Shown: piece after piece, positions 37,522-45,917 of the stretch
Layout of the letters: every line of letters starts with the position of its first letter
Position numbering within the stretch: the stretch's first letter is position 1
Assembly: GCA_015063685.1 (NCBI GenBank)
Contig: SVTR01000015.1
Coordinates: 400-64,399, forward strand
DNA: 64,000 nucleotides
DNA from: Oscillospiraceae bacterium
GTDB taxonomy: Bacteria > Bacillota > Clostridia > Oscillospirales > CAG-272
Reading direction: 5' to 3'
The notes under the pieces: generated by a model
What the model was told of the DNA's origin: nothing
Databases searched by the model: none
What the model saw: the letters and a program-made list of their open reading frames with translations, nothing else
Translations under genes and position numbers: made by a program

Positions 37522-40335
37522 ATGAAAAACCCAAGAATGAAACGCGCGATCGCTTGTTTTTTGGCTTTGATCATGCTGATGGCCACACTCTCGGTCATGA
37601 TCGTGCCTTCCGCGGCGGCTGATGCCTGTGTATTGACAGGTAGCGGAAAAGTCTCTCCCGAAAAGGTGACAGACTACTACGCCTTCCGCATTCAGGTGAA
37701 CGGCGATTTCACCGCTTTTTCCTACAAGCTCTCCACGTGGGGCATGCCAAACTCCGCGTGCACCCTGTCCCTGTTCGAGTGGAGAGGGGATCCCGAGGCT
37801 TCCATGAAGCGTGACCCTCTCGCCACAAAGCGGTTTGCTCAGGCTGTACATAAGGGAGAGCATAAGGTGGAATTCGATGTCCTGCCTGCTGGGGAGTACC
37901 TATTTGTTATCCACGAGGTGGAGGGTGCCATCGGCGTATATGCAGTGGAGAACTGCAGAAACAGCTTGGGCTTTGTTTACCTGAAGGGCGGCAACTATAC
38001 TAAGGGCGGTGAAATGGCCGCTGAGCCTCAGCTCACAGTCACCTTTGCTGAGGAAGTAACCGAGCCCTTCAGTAAGGTTGAGACCATGTACGGTAATTAC
38101 AAGGCTCCCGAGGAGTACGTGATTCCCGAGGATAGCCTCATCAAGACGCATGAGGTTATGCCCGATACTTGGGTGTTTACCGATGGTTTGGGTCGAGTGT
38201 CCCTGACCAACGCTGAGGTTGGCGATCCTCGAGAGGACAAGACCCTTGCCATGTTCTACTGGACGTGGCATCTCAATCGTCCTCCCGTGAAAAACATCAA
38301 TAATATCGTTGAGCAGTATCCCGAGGCAGCCCATGACTACAATCATTCCGTTTGGGGTAACGGTAATTTCCAAGGCTCCTGGAACGAACCCATCTACGGT
38401 CACTACGAGAGTACGGACGCATGGGTGGCTCGCCGCCATGCCGAGCTTTTGGCCAACGCAGGGGTTGACGTGGTATTTGCCGATAACACCAACGCCACCA
38501 TCACCCACCGTGCCGGTTATCAGAATCTGTTCCAAACCTGGTCGGATGCCATGGATGACGGCGTGCTGACACCCAAGGTGTCCTTCCTGTTGCCTTTCTC
38601 CACCGGTAACAATACGGTCGTCCAGGTCAAAGATATCTACACTGACGTCTACCGAGCAGGTGATTATCATAGATTGTGGTTCTATTGGGAGGACAAGCCC
38701 ATGCTCATGGGCTACGGAGATTCTTTCAATACGGACGATATCACCGAAAAGGAAATTGCCAATTTCTTTACCTGGCGTCCCGGTATGCCCTCTTATAACG
38801 TAGCCAAAAGACAGAACGGCAACTGGGGCTGGCTGTCGGTGTATCCTCAAGCTGTCCATCATGACAGAGTAGACAGAAAGGCGGAACAGATCACCGTAGG
38901 CGTGGCTGTCAACCACAACTATAAGCTCAATATCCTCACAGGTATGAACGGTAACGACGTCATCGGCCGTTCCTACACCAAGGATTATCCCAACCGCTAT
39001 GAGGAGGAAGGGAAGGAAGCTTCCAAATGGGGCTATAACTTTGCAGAGCAGTTCAATTATGCACTGGAGGTTGACCCTGAAGTGATTTTCATCACGGGCT
39101 GGAACGAATGGGCTATGGCGCGCATGGAGTCCTATAACGAAAGCCCCAGTCAAGTGGTTACCAACGTCTTCTTCGATCAGTACAATGACGAATTTTCCCG
39201 TGACCTTGAGCCCACCAAGGGCGATCTGAAGGACCATTACTATTATCAGATGGTCAACTTCGTCCGTCAGTATAAGGGTGTCAGACCTATTCCCACTCCG
39301 GGCTTTGAGACCACTATCGATATTACGAAGGACAATACTCAATGGGATTCTGTTGAACCTTATTACGCAGCCTACATCGGCAATACCGATGACCGCGAGG
39401 GCGAGGGCTGGGGCGATCTGACCTACCACGAGTATTCGGGACGCAACGATATCATCGGCGCCCGCGTGGCCAGAGACGCGGAAAACGTCTACTTTTACGT
39501 GGAGTGCAACGAGGATATTACCCCCTACACCGATCCTCTGTGGATGGTGCTTTACATTGACTCTGACCAGCAGAACCAGGGCTGGGAGACCTTTGACTAT
39601 GTGCTGAACAAGACTTCTCCCACCGCGACAAAGGCTACCTTGGAGAAATTCACCGGCAACGGTTATGAGACCGAGGTCGTTGGAGAAGTGGACTACACCG
39701 TAGACGGCAAGTATATGCAGGTCAAGGTGCCCAAGTCCATGCTGAACCTCAAGGGATACGATTTTACCATTAACTTTACTTGGACTGATAACGTCCACGA
39801 CGAGGCCGATGCCGGGGCCATGGGGGATACCGATTATCAGTACAGCAAATTCTCGGGCGACATCATGGACTTCTATATTTCGGGTGACGTAGCCCCCTCC
39901 GGACGCTTCAAGTACAGCTATATTTCTACCCATGAGAATGCAACCGGTGAGCCTGCTCCTGAAACTCAGCCCGAAGAAACTCAACCCGAAGAAACTCAAC
40001 CCGAAGAAACACAACCCGAAGAAACTCAGGTTTATGAGACTCTGCCCGAGGAAATAACCATGGTAGAGCCAGAGACCCAACTGCCTGTTGAAACTCAGCC
40101 CGAAGAAGCCACCCAAAAGGCTCCCGAAGCCCAGACGCAGGCCGAAGTCAAGACCGAGGAAGCTGCGCCCGAGGATTCCGAGAGTCAAGCACCGGTTGAA
40201 GCTTTGACCCATGAGACCACGGCTGATTCTCAGCCCGTAGACTCTGCAGGTTGCGCTTCCGTGGTCGGCTCCTGCATCGGTGTTCTACTGACGGCGATGG
40301 CCGCAGCCGTAGCCTTGCGTAAGGATTCCGAATAA
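37522..40335 (+). CDS. Secreted, C-terminally anchored putative glycoside hydrolase (distant member of the GH99/WbsX-like module family)
   Basis: Signal peptide MKNPRMKRAIACFLALIMLMATLSVMIVPSAAA. GHYESTDAWVARRHAELLANAGVDVVFADNTNA and FITGWNEWAMARME motifs parallel those of 11145 and 13805. (PEETQ)x4 linker. Tail AGCASVVGSCIGVLLTAMAAAVALRKDSE. Confidence 0.75.
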   Translation: MKNPRMKRAIACFLALIMLMATLSVMIVPSAAADACVLTGSGKVSPEKVTDYYAFRIQVNGDFTAFSYKLSTWGMPNSACTLSLFEWRGDPEASMKRDPLATKRFAQAVHKGEHKVEFDVLPAGEYLFVIHEVEGAIGVYAVENCRNSLGFVYLKGGNYTKGGEMAAEPQLTVTFAEEVTEPFSKVETMYGNYKAPEEYVIPEDSLIKTHEVMPDTWVFTDGLGRVSLTNAEVGDPREDKTLAMFYWTWHLNRPPVKNINNIVEQYPEAAHDYNHSVWGNGNFQGSWNEPIYGHYESTDAWVARRHAELLANAGVDVVFADNTNATITHRAGYQNLFQTWSDAMDDGVLTPKVSFLLPFSTGNNTVVQVKDIYTDVYRAGDYHRLWFYWEDKPMLMGYGDSFNTDDITEKEIANFFTWRPGMPSYNVAKRQNGNWGWLSVYPQAVHHDRVDRKAEQITVGVAVNHNYKLNILTGMNGNDVIGRSYTKDYPNRYEEEGKEASKWGYNFAEQFNYALEVDPEVIFITGWNEWAMARMESYNESPSQVVTNVFFDQYNDEFSRDLEPTKGDLKDHYYYQMVNFVRQYKGVRPIPTPGFETTIDITKDNTQWDSVEPYYAAYIGNTDDREGEGWGDLTYHEYSGRNDIIGARVARDAENVYFYVECNEDITPYTDPLWMVLYIDSDQQNQGWETFDYVLNKTSPTATKATLEKFTGNGYETEVVGEVDYTVDGKYMQVKVPKSMLNLKGYDFTINFTWTDNVHDEADAGAMGDTDYQYSKFSGDIMDFYISGDVAPSGRFKYSYISTHENATGEPAPETQPEETQPEETQPEETQPEETQVYETLPEEITMVEPETQLPVETQPEEATQKAPEAQTQAEVKTEEAAPEDSESQAPVEALTHETTADSQPVDSAGCASVVGSCIGVLLTAMAAAVALRKDSE
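39961..40029 (+). repeat. 15-bp tandem repeat x4.6 encoding (ETQPE)n acidic linker
   Basis: gaaactcagcccgaa / gaaactcaacccgaa / gaaactcaacccgaa / gaaacacaacccgaa / gaaactcag, read directly. Confidence 0.9.
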
Positions 40336-40376
40336 AACGCTACCCGATTTTACCACAGATTGAAGGGAGTAAGTAT

Positions 40377-43300
40377 ATGAAAAATCAGAGTAAAAATCAT
40401 GTTCGTAGCCGCTTATGGCAACGGGTGTTATGCCTTTTGGTTGCCTTTACGATGCTCGTCATTGCTATACCCACAAGCTTGGCAGTATCGGCGGCAGAGG
40501 AGGCAACCGTGAAAGTTATCGCATTTCAGACATCGTCGCGTTATGATCTTGGCATAGACGCTGAGAACGTGCGCATTGGCTGGCGAATAGAGACTGCGCG
40601 TCGCGGATATTATCAGTCCGCCTACCGTGTGACCGTCAAGGAGGCGGCCACAGGGGATACCGCTTGGGACAGTGGTTGGGTGGAGAGTGATATTCAGATC
40701 GGTATCACCCCCGAAGGCCTGAAGCCTGAGACTATCTATACGTATACGGTCAATATCAAGGATCAGAACGGTATAGAGTCGGGCGAAAGCGAAGCGGCTA
40801 CCTTTGAGACCGCCCCTGCCCATGTGGAGGGTGCCTGGCTCACCTCCTCCCGCCTCCTCCGCAAGTCCTTTGAGCTGGATCAGCCCTTGGAGAACGTAGA
40901 TAGGGCTCGCTGCTATCTGAGCAGTACCGCCTTCATGCAGATCCGTCTCAACGGTGAGAAGGTAGGGGATCTCGTCATGGGTCCCAAGAAGTCGGTCAAG
41001 GATCTGGTAACCTACTACAACACCTTCGATATTACCTCTATGCTGGCCGAGGGGGAGAACGTGGTGGGTGCTTACGTCAGTTACATGGCTTCCAACGGCA
41101 ATAGTCTCTGTGGTATGCTCCGTATTTACTATAAGGACGGTAGTGTACAGACAGTCGCTACGGGCGGTGACTGGAGCTACCGCGGCACCTCCGATGTGAC
41201 CCGTGAAAACTATTTCAGCGGCGAGGATATCGACGCATCCCTGCGAGATGGCTGGGACAAGCCCGGATATAAGCAGAGCAGAGATTGGAGAAAGGCTGCT
41301 ATTGCAGGTGTCGAGCTTTCCGAAGGCGTTATGACCATTCCCAGTAACGCCGGTGTGTTCAAGTCCTCTGAGAGCTTCAGCGGTGACTACACCATCGAGG
41401 TAGTTTGGGCTGTAGAACAGCTGGCAACAGGCCTGCAGTTTGGTACAACGAGTAGCGCATCCTGCCTGTGGCAGATCCAGCCCGGTACCCTTCGTGTTCA
41501 TTTTCCCGGTTGGAGCCAGGTGCAAAATGTCAGCGTGCCTGAGGTTAAGACCGGCGAGATGGTCACCATGAGAATCGAGATTAAGGGGGACTCCGTAACC
41601 ACCTTTATCAACGATAGGAAGGTGCACGAGGCAGGTATTCCCGCAGACCAGACCAACGGTGCTTTAGGTATTCGCTCCGCCCTCAACGAAAAGGGAAGCT
41701 TCGACCGTGTCACCGTCTCCAAGGGAGGTCAGGTGATCTGGGAGGATACCTTTGATACCCTGGACAGCACCAAGTGGAGCTATCCTCCTGTTCCTGAGCT
41801 TAAGCCTGCCGTTTCGGGCACGAAGATCGTGGACGAATATAAGCCCGCTTCCGTTACCAAGCTGGGTTCCTCTTATATTGTTGACTTCGGTCAGAATATG
41901 CAGGGCTATGTCCGCCTGACCACCCAAGGTAAGAAGGGAACCGGCTACACCATCGAATACTCCGAGCTTCTGGCTGAAAACGGCGATATTTTCGCCAATA
42001 CCACCGCTCATTACCCCAAGCACGTTTACACCCTGTCGGGTGGGGCAGACGTTATCGAGCCTTACTTCTTTACTACAGGCTTCCGCTACGTGAAGGTGAC
42101 CATCTCCGATGGCAGTGAGCTCAATGCCGACGACCTGACCGCGTGCTTTGTCAGCGACGATCTGGATCAGACCGGTTTCTTCGAGTCCTCCAACGACCGT
42201 CTCAATATGGTCTATCATATGTACCTCATGTCACAGCGCTCTTGCCTGATGAGCAACTATCATGATTGCCCTCAGCGTGAAAAGAACGGCTGGACAGGTG
42301 ACGCATCGGTTATCAAGGAAGCCTGTGCGCTGGCGTTTGGTGATATTTCTACTGCTGAGGCTTATCTGGAGACCATGCTCATGAACATCAACGAGGAGGG
42401 AAGACCCCAGATCGTTGTGCCCATGGCCAGTACAGCGGAAAGCGGCGCGGCCTTCGACATCACCTGGGCATCGGCCTACTTTGAGTTCCCCTATCAGCTT
42501 TACATGTACACGGGAGATACTTACTATATCTACCGCTCCTATGAGTCTCTTCTCAAAATTTTCGATTATACCAAGAGAACCTACGACGGTGACGGCGACG
42601 GTATCATGACCCACAACGTCTATGGCGACTGGTTGGGCTATGACTGGCACGACGGTCTGCTGGATACCGGCTTCATCTCGGCTGTTTATTTCTACTACTG
42701 CGGTTCTATCCTGCAGGACATGATGAATGTCATCGGCGCGGAAGATGCCGACTTTACCGCCTACATGACCAAGATGGAGGCCGCCTTGCAGAAGCAGTAC
42801 GCAAAATCCTCCTGCTACTGCGACCGCTATCAGACCTCTAACGCCCTGGCGTTGGATCTGGGTTTGGCTACCGACGAAAACAGAGCGGCGGTATTGGAAA
42901 TGCTGGTCAAGGCCTGCGAGCGTAATGATTCTACCTTGCGTACAGGCGTTTTGGGTACAAAGGCGCTCTACGGTGCCCTCAGCGCTGGCAACCAGCATAA
43001 ACTCCTTTTGGATATGACCATTTCTTCCAAAAAGTGCTCCTTCGGTTACATGATCGACAACGGAGCCACTACCTTGTGGGAATATTGGGATAAGGCCGGG
43101 GAGACCTTCGGCTCTGTGGCAGAGCAGGGCTTCTGCTACTTCGATTCCCAAAACCATGTCATGCACGGCGGCGGCCCCGCTACTTGGATGCTCCAAGGTC
43201 TGGGCGGTATTACCCAAACAAGTGCCGCCTTCAAGACCATGACCTACCGCCCCGGCATTGAGAGCGAATTGAGTTACGTCAACACGACGGTCAACACGCT

Positions 43301-43943
43301 TGTAGGTAAGACCCTGTCCGACTGGACGTACGAGAACGGCGTTTTGACCTGGAACATCGAGGTTCCTGCCAATACCACCGCTACGGTCATTATTCCCATT
43401 TCTGACACCGAGTCCATCACCGAGTCCGGTGTGGACATCATGGAAAAAAATGCCGAGGGAATCACCTATGTGGGCACAAATGAAAGCGGAGAATACATCT
43501 ATACGGTTGGCGGCGGGTCCTATAGCTTTGTGGTAGGCTCTGCCGACGGAGAGACCGTCGAGCCGGAAACCGAATCCGAAGCGGAAAGCAAGACCGAGCC
43601 CTCCACCGAACCCGAAACAGAACTCTCTACCGAGTCCGAAACAGGGCCCTCTGCCGAGTCCGAAACAGAACCCTCCACCGAAAGCGGGGTTGAACCTGAG
43701 ACAGAAGCCCGGACGGAGATTTTGACAGAGCCTGTGGCAGAAACAGAGACCGCTCCCTCCGAGGAGGAAAAGACGGAGACCCCAAGTGTAACCCAGGCAC
43801 CGACCACCGAAGCATCCACCAATACTCAGACAGATGCGGGTACCCCTGAGCAAGGGTGCGGCTCCTCTGTTTCTGTGGGGGCATCCGTGATCTTGGGTAC
43901 CGCTTGTGCGGCTGTTGCTCTGAAAAAACGGCGAGAGGAATGA
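40377..43943 (+). CDS. Secreted, C-terminally anchored GH78 alpha-L-rhamnosidase with inserted LamG-like domain
   Basis: Signal peptide. Hallmark YHDCPQREKNGWTGDASV (compare DCPQRDERLGWTGD of GH78). Overall Bac_rhamnosid N/6H/C layout. T/E/S/P acidic linker. Tail QGCGSSVSVGASVILGTACAAVALKKRREE. Confidence 0.85.
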   Translation: MKNQSKNHVRSRLWQRVLCLLVAFTMLVIAIPTSLAVSAAEEATVKVIAFQTSSRYDLGIDAENVRIGWRIETARRGYYQSAYRVTVKEAATGDTAWDSGWVESDIQIGITPEGLKPETIYTYTVNIKDQNGIESGESEAATFETAPAHVEGAWLTSSRLLRKSFELDQPLENVDRARCYLSSTAFMQIRLNGEKVGDLVMGPKKSVKDLVTYYNTFDITSMLAEGENVVGAYVSYMASNGNSLCGMLRIYYKDGSVQTVATGGDWSYRGTSDVTRENYFSGEDIDASLRDGWDKPGYKQSRDWRKAAIAGVELSEGVMTIPSNAGVFKSSESFSGDYTIEVVWAVEQLATGLQFGTTSSASCLWQIQPGTLRVHFPGWSQVQNVSVPEVKTGEMVTMRIEIKGDSVTTFINDRKVHEAGIPADQTNGALGIRSALNEKGSFDRVTVSKGGQVIWEDTFDTLDSTKWSYPPVPELKPAVSGTKIVDEYKPASVTKLGSSYIVDFGQNMQGYVRLTTQGKKGTGYTIEYSELLAENGDIFANTTAHYPKHVYTLSGGADVIEPYFFTTGFRYVKVTISDGSELNADDLTACFVSDDLDQTGFFESSNDRLNMVYHMYLMSQRSCLMSNYHDCPQREKNGWTGDASVIKEACALAFGDISTAEAYLETMLMNINEEGRPQIVVPMASTAESGAAFDITWASAYFEFPYQLYMYTGDTYYIYRSYESLLKIFDYTKRTYDGDGDGIMTHNVYGDWLGYDWHDGLLDTGFISAVYFYYCGSILQDMMNVIGAEDADFTAYMTKMEAALQKQYAKSSCYCDRYQTSNALALDLGLATDENRAAVLEMLVKACERNDSTLRTGVLGTKALYGALSAGNQHKLLLDMTISSKKCSFGYMIDNGATTLWEYWDKAGETFGSVAEQGFCYFDSQNHVMHGGGPATWMLQGLGGITQTSAAFKTMTYRPGIESELSYVNTTVNTLVGKTLSDWTYENGVLTWNIEVPANTTATVIIPISDTESITESGVDIMEKNAEGITYVGTNESGEYIYTVGGGSYSFVVGSADGETVEPETESEAESKTEPSTEPETELSTESETGPSAESETEPSTESGVEPETEARTEILTEPVAETETAPSEEEKTETPSVTQAPTTEASTNTQTDAGTPEQGCGSSVSVGASVILGTACAAVALKKRREE

Positions 43944-43969
43944 GAAAATAACGTGACAGTTCAGTAAGG

Positions 43970-44048
43970 CTACCCCATTTTTCCTAATGGCACGGCCGAA
44001 TTTGAAAATTTGTTTGTGTCGCCGCATAACGGCGGAATGGAGACTAAG
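43970..44048 (+). promoter_or_regulatory. Conserved 5' leader with two hairpins (copy 3 of 3)
   Basis: ccCCATTtttcctAATGGCACGGCCGAATTTgaaaatttgTTTGTGTCGCCGcataaCGGCGGAATGGAGACTAAGATG. Confidence 0.4.
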
Positions 44049-45548
44049 ATGAAAAAGATCATTTGCTCGTTACTTGTATCCGTTATGCTTTTGAATACGG
44101 TCGCTTGTGCCTCATCGGATGATGCGTCCGCTTCCTCCGATGAAGCCGCGTCCGAAGATATTCAAGAACTCGGAACACAAGATCCAAACTATCAATGTGA
44201 GCTTCCGCCGAATCTGAAGTATGGTGGACAAGAGATCGGTATCCTGTACAATCCCTCCAGTGGTCGAAAGGATGAGCTTGTCAGCGAGAAGATGGGAAAC
44301 GGCGTGGTATCTGATGCGGTCTACGAGCGTAACGTAGCCGTGGAGGGGATGTTGGATGTCACCTTGAACTACTGTGAGGCGGAGGATATCATCACTGATA
44401 TGAATCAGGATATTCAAAGCGGAGCGGGGGATTACAAAATCATCGCCAATGGCACGAACGGTGCCGTTATCCCGGCCATTGAAGGGAAATATATCAATTT
44501 AAGCAGCTTGAACAATATCAATACCTCCAAGCATTATTGGACACAGGGCTATAACGATATGGCTACCTTTACCGATAGCAATGTTCAGTTCTTAGCCTCC
44601 GGCCCCATTGCGTTGTCAATGTTCCGCTATATGTTTCTGACCTTGTACAACAAAACTCTTTTTGATGAATATCACATCAAGGACTTGTACGAGACAGTAA
44701 AAAATGGCGACTGGACGTTGGATTACCAGTATTCCATCGTAAAGGATCACTACCATGACGCCGATGGTGATCAAAAATACTCCGAGGGCGATTTTTACGG
44801 ATTTGTGACAGGGGACACGGTTTCGGTGGATCCTTATCCCGTAGCGTCGAATCTGCATATGATCACCCGTGCCCCCGATACGGGCAACCTGATCTACAAC
44901 ACCGAGGCCGGCGCGCGGCTTTCGGATTTGTGCGATAAGGTTCAGCTTCTCTACAATGACGAGGCAGTTTACGTATATAAATCCGGAACCTACGATAACA
45001 CGGGCACAGGTTACGTGATCAACCATTTTACCGACAAGCACGCGCTGATGGTGACCACCATGTTCTATGCCATGGAGTTAAATTACGAGAATCTGGGCGC
45101 TATGTCCTACGGTATTGCGCCGATGCCCAAATATGACAAGAACCAAACGGACTATCATTCCTACGTGCAGGATCAGGTCAGCTGCTTTGGCATATCTACC
45201 GTTGTCGGCACGTTGGATCAGCAGGAAATGTGCGCCGCTGTCCTGGAGGCTATGGCGTACCATAGCTATCTTCTGATACGTCCTGCGTATTATGAAACCG
45301 TTCTCTCCACTCGATATATGCAGGATCCCCAGTCCAAGGAGATTCTTGATCTGATTTTTACTTCGCTGGATTTTGATTTTTCTTCCTCTTGGTCTGATAT
45401 CTTGGGCACCTCCAATATCAGAAATGCCTTGCGTCCTCTGCTCAGCGGAAGTAAAAATACCGTAGGCTCCACTACCAAATCCTGGCAAAGATCCGTCCAA
45501 AGAATTCTCGATAAATACAACGAGCAATTGGCCGGGCTTTCATCATAG
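44049..45548 (+). CDS. Extracellular solute-binding lipoprotein (large family-1 ABC SBP type); no permease genes nearby
   Basis: ATG 44049 follows GGAG. Lipobox LNTVAC followed by a Ser/Asp-rich linker. At ~500 aa, the size and composition are typical of Firmicute sugar-binding lipoproteins. This assignment rests on general resemblance only. Confidence 0.6.
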   Translation: MKKIICSLLVSVMLLNTVACASSDDASASSDEAASEDIQELGTQDPNYQCELPPNLKYGGQEIGILYNPSSGRKDELVSEKMGNGVVSDAVYERNVAVEGMLDVTLNYCEAEDIITDMNQDIQSGAGDYKIIANGTNGAVIPAIEGKYINLSSLNNINTSKHYWTQGYNDMATFTDSNVQFLASGPIALSMFRYMFLTLYNKTLFDEYHIKDLYETVKNGDWTLDYQYSIVKDHYHDADGDQKYSEGDFYGFVTGDTVSVDPYPVASNLHMITRAPDTGNLIYNTEAGARLSDLCDKVQLLYNDEAVYVYKSGTYDNTGTGYVINHFTDKHALMVTTMFYAMELNYENLGAMSYGIAPMPKYDKNQTDYHSYVQDQVSCFGISTVVGTLDQQEMCAAVLEAMAYHSYLLIRPAYYETVLSTRYMQDPQSKEILDLIFTSLDFDFSSSWSDILGTSNIRNALRPLLSGSKNTVGSTTKSWQRSVQRILDKYNEQLAGLSS

Positions 45549-45875
45549 GGCATCTCTAAATACTCAGCGTGCGGCGAGATGCGAGGGATTTTTTCGTCAG
45601 ACTAAAGGTCACCTCTAAAAACTCTCTTGACGGCGAAGCCGTAGTGATTTTTCCGTCATATTTCACAGATTTTTCTTCGCGTAGCTCTACTACGCGCGCG
45701 AAAAATTGTATCATCTGACGCAAAACTCCCTTGCGGCTCGCTCGCCAATAGAGTTTTTAGAGGTTCCCTAAACAAAAATCTGCACGCATAGTTGACCCTA
45801 TGCGAAAGAATTTTGTGACGTATGACGGAAAAAGCACCGCCATATCGGCGTGCGATGAGTTTTTAGAGGTGGCCC
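45547..45875 (-). mobile_element. MITE-like element type 1, copy E, interrupted by a type-2 element
   Basis: 45547-45606 is 60/60 identical to the reverse complement of the right part of copy A. 45769-45875 matches the reverse complement of the left part of copy B. Confidence 0.85.
45607..45768 (+). mobile_element. MITE-like element type 2, complete 162-bp copy nested inside type-1 copy E
   Basis: TIRs GGTCACCTCTAAAAACTCT ... AGAGTTTTTAGAGGTTCCC. Flanked by TAAA on both sides, whereas uninterrupted copies have a single TAAA (cagacTAAAcaaaaatc). Confidence 0.8.
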
Positions 45876-45917
45876 ATAACACAATGTCACACGCTGATTT
45901 CAAAAAGGAATGATAGA

